The notes under the pieces were generated by a model. That model was not told where the DNA came from. It did not search any database and saw only the letters and a list, made by a program, of their open reading frames with translations. Source: Thermoanaerobaculia bacterium (GTDB taxonomy: Bacteria > Acidobacteriota > Thermoanaerobaculia > Gp7-AA8). Taken from it: a DNA stretch of 64,000 nucleotides. Where the stretch lies: positions 1,493 through 65,492 of the forward strand of contig DASVLC010000369.1 in the NCBI GenBank assembly GCA_036385045.1, in the 5' to 3' direction. Position 1 is the stretch's first letter; every line of letters begins with the position of its first letter. The position numbers and the translations under genes were made by a program. Positions 37,137 through 50,226 of this stretch are shown piece after piece.

Positions 37137-38993
37137 CTACGGGAAGCCGGCGGCCCAGAGTATCAGGTACTTGGTGACTTCGATGTTCTTCGCGCTCGGC
37201 GTGATCGAGATCTCTTCGATCGATTCGACTTTCGCGTTCAGCTCTTCGCGCAGCCGTTCGAGCTCGCGATCCCAGGTGCGCTGAAGCTGCGCGATGTTGT
37301 CGAGGTAGTCTCCCTCGCGAACCGTCGGGACCGCATCGGCAACCGCCGACTTTCGACCACTCGTCAGGTTGTAGAGGGCCTGGCCCCATGCGACGTTGAT
37401 CTCCTGCTTTTCGGCGTCGGTGCTTTCTTCGTTCTTCTCGTACTGGCGCCGTTCGCGCTCCGAGCGCTCGCGTAACTGGTCGAAGCGGCGGCGGAACGTG
37501 CTCTCGAGTCGTTCCTGCTCCTGTTCGAGCTGCCGGCGCGCATCTTCCCGACAGCGTTCGATGAACGCCTGCCGGGTTTCCGCCGGTTCCGAATAGAGCG
37601 AGAACGCCGGGTTGTGAAAGAGCAGCACACGTTCGTTCTCGACCAGGAACTGCCGGAACCCATCCTGCGACCGGACTGCATTCTGTGCGAGAACCTCACG
37701 GTCGATCTCTGCAGTCTTCCGGTCGGGATCGGGGGTTGCACGGATCTCGAGCTGGTCTGCGTCGATCAACGATGCCTGCTGCCAGAGCGCGATCCCGTCG
37801 GTTCCCGCGAGCGGTGCGATGTACGTACGAGCCGTCGAGTGGTGGTAGCCACTCCGTGATTCGGTGTGCGTGACGATCGCCTCGGCGAGCACGAAGGGGC
37901 GATACTCACCCGATCCGCCCGCGACATAGAGCTGTTCAATGCTGCCGTCGATGCTTCGCGCCTGCAGCCGGCCTCGCGAAGATGCCGGCGTGGCACGTTC
38001 GCGTTCCACCGTCAATCCGTGTGCGACCGGCGTCACGTCGAGCGTCCGTCCCGGCGCAGCCGACAGTGCACGGATCACGTCTTCGCGCCGCTCCGGTGGG
38101 AGCAGGAAGACGAGCGATCCTCCACCGCCGGCTCCGCAGACTTTGCCGGCCCACGCTCCCGCACCGAGGCCCGCCTGGATCGCCGCCTCGATCTCGGGGG
38201 TAGAGATTCCGGCGATCATCGACTTGCGGTGTCGCCATTCGTCGGCGAGCGCATCACCTGCGGCTTCGAACTGACCCGCCTCGAGAGCTCGCTCCATCTC
38301 GGTTGCGGCCGCTGCGATGCTTCCGAGTCCCTGTCGAACGGCCTCATCACCCTCGATGTGGCCCTTGTAAAGCTCCCAGTTGTTCGTTCCGGAGAAGTGC
38401 GCGACTCCGGTGTAGTGCATCAGCATGTGAGAGCCGAGCGTCTGAAGAGGCGTCCCGATGCCATGTCGCTCCGGCCCCCCCGGATTGAGGCGAAGCGCGG
38501 CAAGCCCGCCGAAGACAGGCGGGTAGTAGTCCTGGATTCCAGCCGGGCTGCCAAGCAGCCGGGTCTCGAGATCGCGCACGAGGAAGATCAGATCCTCCCC
38601 TTCGACGGGGTCTCCTGCGATTTCCGACAGCGCTCGCACCAGGGTGATCGAGAGCGCCGAAGAGCCGCCGAGTCCCGAGCCGCGAGGGGCATCGGTCCGC
38701 GTGACGACTTTGATTCCGGTCAGACGGAAGTGCTCGATCGCGCGGTGCAGCAATGCCGCCTTCGGATCGGCAGCCATCTCGGAGAGCGAGTCGTAGCGAT
38801 GCCGATAGCCGTCATCAGTGAGATGGATCTCGATGCCGGGTCCGCCGGTCTCGGACACCTCCGACTCGGCGTAGAACGAGACTGCGACGTTCACCGTCCG
38901 TGATCCAGGATGGAAGAGGTAGAGAGGCCAGAGATCGAGAGTTCCTCCGGCGAGATCGGCGCGCACCGGCGCCCGGACGATGACCTTGTTCAT
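37137..38993 (-). CDS. GHMP-family sugar kinase (HddA/fucokinase-like) fused to a roughly 290-aa unknown C-terminal domain
   Basis: Trimmed to 'MNKVIVRAPVRADLAGGTLDLWPLY'. GHMP motifs are 'PRGSGLGGSSAL' and 'KVCGAGGGGSLVF'. The C-terminal half contains a charged coiled coil, 'RRQLEQEQERLESTFRRRFDQLRERSERERRQYEK'. Confidence 0.8.
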   Translation of the reverse strand: MNKVIVRAPVRADLAGGTLDLWPLYLFHPGSRTVNVAVSFYAESEVSETGGPGIEIHLTDDGYRHRYDSLSEMAADPKAALLHRAIEHFRLTGIKVVTRTDAPRGSGLGGSSALSITLVRALSEIAGDPVEGEDLIFLVRDLETRLLGSPAGIQDYYPPVFGGLAALRLNPGGPERHGIGTPLQTLGSHMLMHYTGVAHFSGTNNWELYKGHIEGDEAVRQGLGSIAAAATEMERALEAGQFEAAGDALADEWRHRKSMIAGISTPEIEAAIQAGLGAGAWAGKVCGAGGGGSLVFLLPPERREDVIRALSAAPGRTLDVTPVAHGLTVERERATPASSRGRLQARSIDGSIEQLYVAGGSGEYRPFVLAEAIVTHTESRSGYHHSTARTYIAPLAGTDGIALWQQASLIDADQLEIRATPDPDRKTAEIDREVLAQNAVRSQDGFRQFLVENERVLLFHNPAFSLYSEPAETRQAFIERCREDARRQLEQEQERLESTFRRRFDQLRERSERERRQYEKNEESTDAEKQEINVAWGQALYNLTSGRKSAVADAVPTVREGDYLDNIAQLQRTWDRELERLREELNAKVESIEEISITPSAKNIEVTKYLILWAAGFP

Positions 38994-39012
38994 AAGTGAG
39001 GGATCGATTTTG

Positions 39013-40332
39013 CTAGAAGAGTGCCCGGCGCTGCACCGGCTTCGCCGCAACATCCTGATTCGCGGTCGAGAGCTGCGGCTCGAGCCGTGCCACGTCGGCT
39101 CGGAACTGCGCGAGCGACTTCCCGCCGAGGGGATCGGGGGTAATCGACTTCAGCTTCAGCGGGTCGATCCACTTGCCATCCTGCCAGATGCGGTAATCGA
39201 GGTGTGGTCCGGTCGAAAGGCCGGTCGACCCGACATAGCCGATCACGTCTCCCTGCTGCACCTTACTGCCCTTCTTGAGACCTTTGGCAAATTTCGAGAG
39301 GTGCAGGTAGCAGGTATCGGTCTTCGACGTGTGACGGATGCGGACGTAATTGCCTTCTGCAGGCTTGAACCGCGCCTCGACGACCACCCCATCGGCCGTC
39401 GTCATCACAGGCGTGCCGACAGGAGCGCCGTAATCGACCCCGTAGTGCGGCCGGAAATACTTCAGGACCGGATGAAAACGGCGCTTGGTGAATCCTGAAG
39501 TCACACGAGTGAATTTCAGCGGTGCCTTCAGGAACTGCTTGCGGAGTGGCGTGCCGCTGGCAGCGTAATAGCCGCTCGTTCCGCCGGCCGTCTCGTGACG
39601 GAACGCCTCGAAAGTCTGTCCCTTGTGCTCGAAGCGCGCAGCCTTGACCGGACCGTAGCCGAGGAGCTCGTTACCGGCGTAACGCCGCGTCACGACCGCG
39701 GTGAACGAATCGCCACGCTGGAGCGCGAAGAAGTCGATGTCCCACTGAAACACTTCGATGAGCTGCTGGCCGAGCTGCGGAGTCTCGCCCGCCTGCCTGA
39801 GCGCTTCGTAAAGTGAATGATCGATCGTGGCGGAGACGGTTCCGTCGACTTCCCGGATCGTCGCCGCCTGCGGTTTGACGTCGAAGCCGTTCGCCGTGCG
39901 GACCGCACCGATCTCGCCCCAGCCGCTGAGACGGATCTGAACCGCGTCGACGACGCGATCATCGTCGTAATGAAACCGGATCAGATTGCCCGGCTTGAGA
40001 CGTCGCAGATCGATTTCCTTACCCGCCTCACGCGCGATTACCGCGCTCTCTGCCGGCGACAGACCTCCCGCGATCAGCAGCCGGTCGAGCGTGTCGTTCT
40101 TCTCGATCGTCAGGATCAGCGAGTGTTGGGGAAGGTCATTCTGAGGGGGGGCGAAGAGTTCGGAGTAACGAAGCTCGGGATGGAGAATGGCGGCCGTCGT
40201 CGCGCGGAAGCTCTCCGGCTGTCGCATGGCAGCCAGGAACAGAGGGATGGCAAGAGGAAGTGCCAGCGCTGCGTAAACTCGCGGCCGCTTCACCACCCCT
40301 CCCAGACGTCCACCAAAGGCGCGAATTCTCAT
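39013..40332 (-). CDS. M23-family murein endopeptidase
   Basis: Motifs are 'HYGVDYGAPVGTPVMTTADGVV' and 'GYVGSTGLSTGPHLDYRI'. The start is set at 'MRIRAFGG' before the TM segment and is uncertain. Confidence 0.85.
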   Translation of the reverse strand: MRIRAFGGRLGGVVKRPRVYAALALPLAIPLFLAAMRQPESFRATTAAILHPELRYSELFAPPQNDLPQHSLILTIEKNDTLDRLLIAGGLSPAESAVIAREAGKEIDLRRLKPGNLIRFHYDDDRVVDAVQIRLSGWGEIGAVRTANGFDVKPQAATIREVDGTVSATIDHSLYEALRQAGETPQLGQQLIEVFQWDIDFFALQRGDSFTAVVTRRYAGNELLGYGPVKAARFEHKGQTFEAFRHETAGGTSGYYAASGTPLRKQFLKAPLKFTRVTSGFTKRRFHPVLKYFRPHYGVDYGAPVGTPVMTTADGVVVEARFKPAEGNYVRIRHTSKTDTCYLHLSKFAKGLKKGSKVQQGDVIGYVGSTGLSTGPHLDYRIWQDGKWIDPLKLKSITPDPLGGKSLAQFRADVARLEPQLSTANQDVAAKPVQRRALF

Positions 40333-40396
40333 TTCCGGTTGCGTCGAAAACCGATCGGACTGCTTCCGGGAAGGATGGTAGCACATCGATACCGAA

Positions 40397-41206
40397 TCAG
40401 TTCGGATCGAATTCCAGCGTCGTCGCCGCCTTCGGCAACTCCGGCTGGTCAGCTCTGCGGAAGCCGACCGGAACGATGAACTGCGAAGCACGCGCTTCCG
40501 TTTCGCCGATCTTCGTCACCCACATCTCGCGCGAAATCGTTCGCGACGCGGGCATCTCGATCTTGGAGCGGCTCGCGCGGTCGTAGTTGGTCTTGATCGT
40601 CACGCTTTGACGGAGTGGGAATCCGGGGATCTTCGTATTCTCCGCTTCCAGCAGACGATCGAGCTCGGCGTTGCCGGTCCGGTACGCCTGGGCAAGCGCC
40701 AGCTGCTGCACCGAACCGTAGAGAGTGGTTGTGTAGCTGTCGATCTCGGTTCGCACGCGTTGCCGCAGCGGCAGTGAACGGAGCGTGACGCTAATGTCGT
40801 AGTTGAGCGTGAGGCGGTAGTGATCAGTTGCGATGCCGGCAACCATCGGGCCGCTCCCGAGCTTCTCGAGGTTGCTCTTGAGATTCTCGATCTTGATGGT
40901 GCTGGCTCCGAGCGCCGAGGCGACTCCCGCCGTGTTGACCTCGGTGTACCACTGCCTGGCGGGATCGACGAAGTAGAGCCGGCGCGCGTCGTCGGTGCTC
41001 ACGACGTAGGTACCGGGGGGATAGAGAGTTCCTGAGAGGAAGTCGACGCGCGATCGTGCGCCGTCGACAACGACGCGAGCGGTGAGATCGGTTCCCGGCA
41101 CCGCGCTGTCGTCAGAGCTGTTGCGCTGGATGAACTCGTACTCGAGGGCGGCAAACGAAGGAACCGCCAGCAGAGCGAGCGCTGCCACAAGAATTACTCT
41201 TCTCAT
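40397..41206 (-). CDS. secreted hypothetical protein
   Basis: Trimmed to the signal peptide 'MRRVILVAALALLAVPSFA'. No motif recognised. Confidence 0.65.
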   Translation of the reverse strand: MRRVILVAALALLAVPSFAALEYEFIQRNSSDDSAVPGTDLTARVVVDGARSRVDFLSGTLYPPGTYVVSTDDARRLYFVDPARQWYTEVNTAGVASALGASTIKIENLKSNLEKLGSGPMVAGIATDHYRLTLNYDISVTLRSLPLRQRVRTEIDSYTTTLYGSVQQLALAQAYRTGNAELDRLLEAENTKIPGFPLRQSVTIKTNYDRASRSKIEMPASRTISREMWVTKIGETEARASQFIVPVGFRRADQPELPKAATTLEFDPN

Positions 41207-41275
41207 ATATAACCTCACCGGCCGATTCAGTATACACGGGAAATTTTCACCCGATCGCCGACGGTTGGGCAGCGC

Positions 41276-43148
<1,873 letters not shown>

Positions 43149-43157
43149 ACGTTGGTG

Positions 43158-43184
43158 ATTCTCAATCTTCAATTCCCGATTCCG
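43158..43184 (-). repeat. family-G-like AT-rich repeat, copy 4
   Basis: gattctcaatcttcaattcccgattcc is the reverse complement of a GAATTGAGA-type array. It lies just after the tgt stop. Confidence 0.6.
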
Positions 43185-43402
43185 GCGTAGCTCCGAGGCT
43201 CGCCGGCACCGGCACCTGGCCGCGAACAAATTAACCCAGCTCTCAAACGGCGAATCTCAGCTCTCAGAATGCGGCTCTGAGCAGGCTGGGGCCAAAAATC
43301 GCCCTCGAGAGTGATCGACCAACAGTGCTCACAGCCGGCTGTCCGGTGCTCCCCCGCGGGGGAACTGCCAGCCACCGGGGTGAGGACACGAGCAGACACA
43401 CG

Positions 43403-43714
43403 ATGACATCACTTGCCATCCTCCAGAGCTCTGGCGGCGCCACGGCGGCGTTCGTCCAGTTCCTGCCGATCATCGCGATCGGCCTCGTCTTCTACTTCCT
43501 CGTCATCGGGCCTGCGAATAAGCAGCGCAAGAAGACCCAGGAGATGCTCAGTGCCCTCAAGAAGGGGGACCGGGTGCTCACGACGGGTGGGATTTACGGG
43601 ACGATTCAGGGTGTTGAGCCCGAAGCCGTCTACCTGAAGATTGCGGATAACGTGAAGGTCAAACTAGCCCGTTCCGCGGTTACCGCGATCGTATCGGGCG
43701 AGTCCGAGTCGTAG
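43403..43714 (+). CDS. yajC: preprotein translocase subunit YajC
   Basis: Trimmed to 'MTSLAILQ'. Motifs are 'FLPIIAIGLVFYFLVIGPANKQRKK' and 'GDRVLTTGGIYGTI'. Confidence 0.88.
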   Translation: MTSLAILQSSGGATAAFVQFLPIIAIGLVFYFLVIGPANKQRKKTQEMLSALKKGDRVLTTGGIYGTIQGVEPEAVYLKIADNVKVKLARSAVTAIVSGESES

Positions 43715-43744
43715 CAGCAGCGATTCCGACCCCGGAGGAAAGTC

Positions 43745-45325
43745 TTGAATAGAAACATCATTTGGAAAATCGTTGTGATCGTCGGGGTGCTGGCTGTGTT
43801 CGCCTTTGCCATCATCCCCACGAAGAACAACCCCGAGCCGATCAAGCGCGGTCTCGATCTCAAGGGCGGTATTCACCTGGTCATGCGGGTGAACTACGAA
43901 GATGCGATCCGCCTCGAAACCGATCAGGCGATGGAGATCCTCCGCGGCCAGGCGGTGACTCAGAATCTCCCCGCACCGACGGGCCGGCGTACCGCCGACA
44001 ACACGTTTGTCGCCACGATGCCTCAGGGCGTCGGAACTGCCGACTACGAACGGATCGCGCGCGACTTCCTTCCCAGCTTCGAGCTCACGAGAACTGGTAA
44101 CGATCTCCGTTTCACGCTGAGAGACCAGTCGGCGAGAGACATCCAGAGGGATACGATCGAGCAGGCGGTCGAAGCGATTCGCCGTCGCGTCGACGCCCTC
44201 GGCGTCGCCGAGCCGATCATCGTCCCCGAGGGCGAAGATCGCATCGTCATCCAGCTCCCTGGCGTCGACGATCCCGCCCGTGTGAAGGACATCATCCGGA
44301 CGACCGCCCAGCTCCAGTTCCGCATCGTCGAGGAGCTCTCGGGCCAGCCGCTGATCGGCTCCGACGCGCAGGCGCTCTACGACAGCCTTCCGGCGAATGT
44401 CCGGGAGAACGTCGACATCCTTCCCGGCACGCGTGAGGACGAGCTCGGCCGCGCAGTCGGTACCGAGTTCTACGCCATCCGGAAGAATGTTCCGGTCAGC
44501 GGCCGTGACCTCAAGAACGCGCGCGTTCAGAAGGGACAGGTCGGAGAGCCGGTCATTGGCTTCTCGCTCACCCCTGAAGGGGCGCCGAAGTTCGGCCAGC
44601 TCACCGGCGACAACCTAAAAAGCCGGCTCGCGATCGTTCTCGATAATCGCGTCGTTTCCGCCCCGGTAATCAACAGTCAGATCACGAGCGACGGCATCAT
44701 CGAGGGAAGCTTCACCCAGCAGGGGGCAGCCGATCTGGCGCTCGTGCTCAGGAGCGGCTCCCTTCCGGCCTCACTGACGACTCTCGAAGAGCGGACCGTC
44801 GGTCCTTCGCTTGGGCGCGACTCGATCCGCCAGGGCGTAATGGCGACCCTCATCGGATTCGTTCTGCTGATCGTCATCCTTCTCGTCTACTACAAGGGCG
44901 CCGGCATCAACGCGGTGGTGGCGCTTCTCCTGAACCTCCTCATCCTTCTCGGGATGCTGGCGTTCTTCAAGGCGAACCTGACGCTTCCCGGCATCGCCGG
45001 AATCATTCTGACGCTCGGCATGGCGGTCGACTCGAACGTGCTCGTGTTCGAGCGGATTCGCGAGGAGCTGCGCGAAGGGAAAGCGGTACGCGCTGCCATC
45101 GACCAGGGATTCGCGCGAGCCTTCGCGACGATCATCGACACCAACCTCACGACTGTCATCGCGGCCCTCTTCCTGTTCCAGTTCGGAACCGGTCCGATTC
45201 AGGGTTTTGCCGTGACGCTGCTCATCGGTCTTGCCGCTTCGGTGTTCACCGCGTTCTTCGTTTCGCGGATGATTTTCGACATCGTTTACAAGCCGATCGA
45301 TCGCCCGCAGCACATCAGCATCTGA
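43745..45325 (+). CDS. secD: protein translocase subunit SecD
   Basis: TTG start after GGAGGA. 'LGLDLKGG'-type 'RGLDLKGGIHLV', 'GPSLGRDSIRQG' and C-terminal 6-TM signatures are present. Confidence 0.93.
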   Translation: MNRNIIWKIVVIVGVLAVFAFAIIPTKNNPEPIKRGLDLKGGIHLVMRVNYEDAIRLETDQAMEILRGQAVTQNLPAPTGRRTADNTFVATMPQGVGTADYERIARDFLPSFELTRTGNDLRFTLRDQSARDIQRDTIEQAVEAIRRRVDALGVAEPIIVPEGEDRIVIQLPGVDDPARVKDIIRTTAQLQFRIVEELSGQPLIGSDAQALYDSLPANVRENVDILPGTREDELGRAVGTEFYAIRKNVPVSGRDLKNARVQKGQVGEPVIGFSLTPEGAPKFGQLTGDNLKSRLAIVLDNRVVSAPVINSQITSDGIIEGSFTQQGAADLALVLRSGSLPASLTTLEERTVGPSLGRDSIRQGVMATLIGFVLLIVILLVYYKGAGINAVVALLLNLLILLGMLAFFKANLTLPGIAGIILTLGMAVDSNVLVFERIREELREGKAVRAAIDQGFARAFATIIDTNLTTVIAALFLFQFGTGPIQGFAVTLLIGLAASVFTAFFVSRMIFDIVYKPIDRPQHISI

Positions 45326-45344
45326 GGCAGGCGAGGAGACCAAC

Positions 45345-46511
45345 ATGCAACTTCTGACCAATACCAATTTCAAGTTCGTAAAGTATCGGTGGCACGCGCT
45401 GGCGATCTCTTTCGCCTTCATCATCGCCGGCGTCGTCGCCTACATGATGCACGGCGCCAACATGGGAATCGACTTCGCCGGTGGCGCGAATGTGGTCCTC
45501 AAGTTCCGCGAAGAGGTTCCCCTCAACCAACTCCGCTCCGAGCTGCCTGCCGCCGTCATTCAGCAGTACGGCCGCGCTCAGGAGCACTCCGTCCTGATCC
45601 GGCTGCCGCAGCAGGGGACTGAAGGCGACTACGCGGGCGAGATCGTCGAAGCCCTCCACACGAGGCTCAACCCCGAGGGGGCGAATAAGCACGATCTCAA
45701 CTACCTCGGCACCGACCGTCTGGCTGCCCTTCTCCAGCAGGCGGATCCCGACAACCGCGGAACCAACCCGGCGGCGCTCCAGCACTACGACGCTCTCGCC
45801 ACTCGCATCATCGACGCGCGATCCGACGTCGGCATCTTCCACACGATGCAGGAGGTAGCTGCGGCGGAAGGGGTAACCGCCGGAGTCGCAAAGGTTCTCA
45901 ACGAGCAGGCGTTCCTCGGCGCATTCAACGTTCTGAACCAGGAGACCGTAGGACCGCAGGTCGGAAGGCAGCTCCAGCAGAAGGCCCTCTGGGCCGTCAT
46001 CCTCTCATCGCTCGGTATGGGCGTCTACATCTGGCTCCGCTTCGACTTCACCTTCGGCGTCGGCGCCATCGCCTGCACCGTCCACGATGTCGCCATTGCG
46101 CTCGCGTTCATGATGCTGATGAACCTCGAGTTTTCTCTGAACGTAATCGCCGCGCTCCTCACCGTTGTCGGTTACTCAGTCAACGACACCGTCGTCATGT
46201 ATGACCGCGTCCGTGAGAACCGTCGCCGGATCAAGCGCTCGATGTCGATCGGCGAACAGCTGGACCTCGGCATCAACCAGACGCTCGCGCGCACCTTGCT
46301 CACCAGCGGAACGACGACCGTCGTCCTTCTCTCCCTGCTGATCTTCGGCGGTGACGTCATCCGCAGCTTCGCCTGGATCCTTCTCTGCGGTGTGGTCGCC
46401 GGAACGTTCTCGACGCTCTACCTCGTCCCCGCAATCGCTGTCCTTTTCGAGCGGTTCAGCGGCAAGACGCAGGCCAGGGCCGCGGTAAAGACGCAGCCAT
46501 CCGGTTCCTGA
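45345..46511 (+). CDS. secF: protein translocase subunit SecF
   Basis: Motifs are 'GIDFAGG', 'VGPQVGRQL', 'VHDVAIALAFM' and 'GYSVNDTVVMYDRVREN'. Confidence 0.93.
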   Translation: MQLLTNTNFKFVKYRWHALAISFAFIIAGVVAYMMHGANMGIDFAGGANVVLKFREEVPLNQLRSELPAAVIQQYGRAQEHSVLIRLPQQGTEGDYAGEIVEALHTRLNPEGANKHDLNYLGTDRLAALLQQADPDNRGTNPAALQHYDALATRIIDARSDVGIFHTMQEVAAAEGVTAGVAKVLNEQAFLGAFNVLNQETVGPQVGRQLQQKALWAVILSSLGMGVYIWLRFDFTFGVGAIACTVHDVAIALAFMMLMNLEFSLNVIAALLTVVGYSVNDTVVMYDRVRENRRRIKRSMSIGEQLDLGINQTLARTLLTSGTTTVVLLSLLIFGGDVIRSFAWILLCGVVAGTFSTLYLVPAIAVLFERFSGKTQARAAVKTQPSGS

Positions 46512-46554
46512 GGCGCACCCGTCACATGAGCTGAGACTTCACCAGATTGAATGC

Positions 46555-46587
46555 AAAAGGGCAGGCGAAAGCCTGCCCTTAGTTTTT
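46555..46587 (+). terminator. rho-independent terminator after secF
   Basis: The stem is gggcaggc-gaaa-gcctgccc (46559-46578), followed by ttagttttt. Confidence 0.8.
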
Positions 46588-46595
46588 CTCCTCAA

Positions 46596-46766
46596 GTCGC
46601 GCGAAGCGCTTTGGAGTGCGGTGGTCTCAGACACCGCTTTCACAACACGAACAGCCACCCTCGAACACGAAGCTCGCCCCATGAGCACACGATCAACTGC
46701 TACTCAGATACTACCCGTTGGAAAGCGGCGGCTGCGGCCGCCGCACTCCAAAGTGCTTCGCACGAC
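46596..46766. repeat. family-J element (inverted about 45-nt arms: ...GCACTCCAAAGCGCTTCGCGCGAC)
   Basis: 46596-46641 is gtcgcgcgaagcgctttggagtgcggtggtctcagacaccgctttc. 46720-46766 is ggaaagcggcggctgcggccgccgcactccaaagtgcttcgcacgac. A third arm lies at 57408-57454. Confidence 0.85.
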
Positions 46767-46815
46767 GTGCTGGGCGCAAAAACGTGTACGCACCGCGTGA
46801 CCTCCCCATCACTAC

Positions 46816-48483
<1,668 letters not shown>

Positions 48484-48620
48484 GAGGGCGATTCTATCGC
48501 CGGAGGGAGTGGCAGGCGCGGCGGAGGTACAGCAGCTCCGAGATCCGACGTGACCGGCCGTTGCAGGGGCGAGCATCTCCGGCCGGAATACCGAAGACCG
48601 GAAGCGCGTAGAATCTTGAT

Positions 48621-48810
48621 ATGACCGCCGAAGCAAAGCATCTCCTTCGAGGAGTTCGGGGCTCTACCGGACCCGTCAAAGCGTGAAGTTCTCGCTGAGC
48701 TCCTGCGCGTTTCCAGGCTTCTCAACTACCCAGAGATGAGTGATGAAGAACTCACCTCCGCAGCAAACGATGTGTTCCTCGCGTACGACGAGCGAGAAAC
48801 CGGCGAGTGA
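48621..48810 (+). pseudogene. antitoxin-like small ORF, apparently frameshifted near its 5' end
   Basis: The ATG at 48621 opens frame 0, which stops after 21 codons. The long frame (48625-48810, '[56 protein letters not shown]') has no start codon. Its stop overlaps the toxin GTG (GTGA). Confidence 0.4.
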
Positions 48811-49122
48811 GGTACCCCGCGCGCGGTGAGGTCTGGCTTGTTGACCTCGGAATGACCGCGAAGGTGCGGCCCTGCCCTGCCTGGTGGTAAGTTCGCAGAT
48901 TGGTGACGCCGCTCGACCTCGACGCGCCAAACATCGTTCGAGGCTGTGGTGAACGCTCCCTTCCTGGAAACGGGGGCGTTCGATGCCCAAGATCTGGTTA
49001 CGGTCTCGGTTCGTCACACCATTCGTCAACTTGGCACCCTCACGCCGGAACAGATGCGCGTGGTCGAGCAAGCAATCTCCAGGTGGCTCGGGTTGCCGTT
49101 CCAAGGCAGCGCCGCCGACTAA
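48807..49122 (+). pseudogene. MazF/PemK-family toxin remnant with multiple frameshifts
   Basis: Frame 0 reads 'V-RYPARGEVWLVDLGMTAKVRPC' and is then broken at a tandem CCCTG CCCTG duplication (48870-48879). Frame 1 ends in 'FEAVVNAPFLETGAFDAQDLVTVSVRHTIRQLGTLTPEQMRVVEQAISRWLGLPF', which is MazF C-terminus-like. The 316-nt length is not a multiple of 3. Confidence 0.65.
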
Positions 49123-49445
49123 CTTCGCACCCGACGCCGCGCTTCGCGCGCAGGTGACGCCAGCGCGATTAGATGACGCACGGACATGACGCCGAGGACC
49201 GCAGAGGACGTAGCGAGAAACCTCCTCGGAATGGAAGAAGCGGTGCAATCCGTCTACGACGGTAGAGGCAACGAGCACGAGTGAAGAGCGAAGGTGTGAC
49301 CCCACTGCGTCCGTCCCACTGTTCAATCCACGCGATCTCCGGAGGCCCCCAAAATGTAAGAAATGGAGGCAAAGAATGGTCTACCAGCAAGTAGCCGACA
49401 AATGCGCACAGCGAAGGTGGGCATTCACGCGGGAAGGGAGTAGCG

Positions 49446-50213
49446 TCAATCCAAGTCCCGCTCAAGTCGGTGCAGTTCGTCTTCGAGTTGCTGAAGGGCG
49501 ACTTTGGGGTCCTTCCGCCTTGCCTCTGCGACGAGCCGTTTCCCTTCCGCTACGTCGCGACGCGCGGCGGCACGATCGCCAGCCACCATACCGGCATTCG
49601 CGGCATCGATAGCGGCGAGCGCTCGCGATGTCGGTGAAATCCGTTGATTGGCCGCTAATGCTCGGTAGCGCACCGCCGCTGTGCGTGGCCGTCCTGCCCG
49701 CTCATACATCCGCGCGGCATCACGATACACCGCAAGCGCGAGCAAGGGATTGGTCGCAAGCGACGCGTCCGCTGCTGCACGATCAAACGCCATCGCCGCA
49801 TCGTCGGCACGATTCAGGATCTCATAGGCTTTTCCGAGGCGCCGATACAACGGTGCGTAGCTTTCGTGGTTTTTAACGATCGGTATTAGACGCTCGAGCA
49901 CGTCCACGGCGTTTTGCCCCGCTCGCAGGGAAAGCCACAAGTCGCCTTGCGCAAGACCGGCCGCGACCACCGCAGAGCTTTCCTGCGGCCAGTATCGTAC
50001 AACAGCTTGAAAGGAGGCGATCGCTTCGATCGTGAGGCGGTGGCGCTCCTCCTCGTTGATTGCGCTTGCAACGCGCAGCGAGAGATTACGTGCAAGCTCG
50101 AGTTGTGAAGACGCTGTCGACGCAATAGTCACAGACAACTCCATTGGAGTGTCCCCGCGACTTTCACTGCTCAGTAACAGCGCAAAGATTATGAATACGA
50201 CGAGTCTCTTCAT
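49446..50213 (-). CDS. secreted TPR-like helical-repeat protein
   Basis: Trimmed to 'MKRLVVFIIFALLLSS', with AAGGGGA upstream. It contains Ala/Arg-rich helical repeats. Confidence 0.65.
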   Translation of the reverse strand: MKRLVVFIIFALLLSSESRGDTPMELSVTIASTASSQLELARNLSLRVASAINEEERHRLTIEAIASFQAVVRYWPQESSAVVAAGLAQGDLWLSLRAGQNAVDVLERLIPIVKNHESYAPLYRRLGKAYEILNRADDAAMAFDRAAADASLATNPLLALAVYRDAARMYERAGRPRTAAVRYRALAANQRISPTSRALAAIDAANAGMVAGDRAAARRDVAEGKRLVAEARRKDPKVALQQLEDELHRLERDLD

Positions 50214-50226
50214 TTCAGTATCCCCT

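Noticed and set aside
48676-49326. A 216-aa minus-strand ORF across the mazEF-like remnant
   Set aside because: It has no motif or RBS. The opposite strand carries recognisable, though broken, MazF-type sequence.
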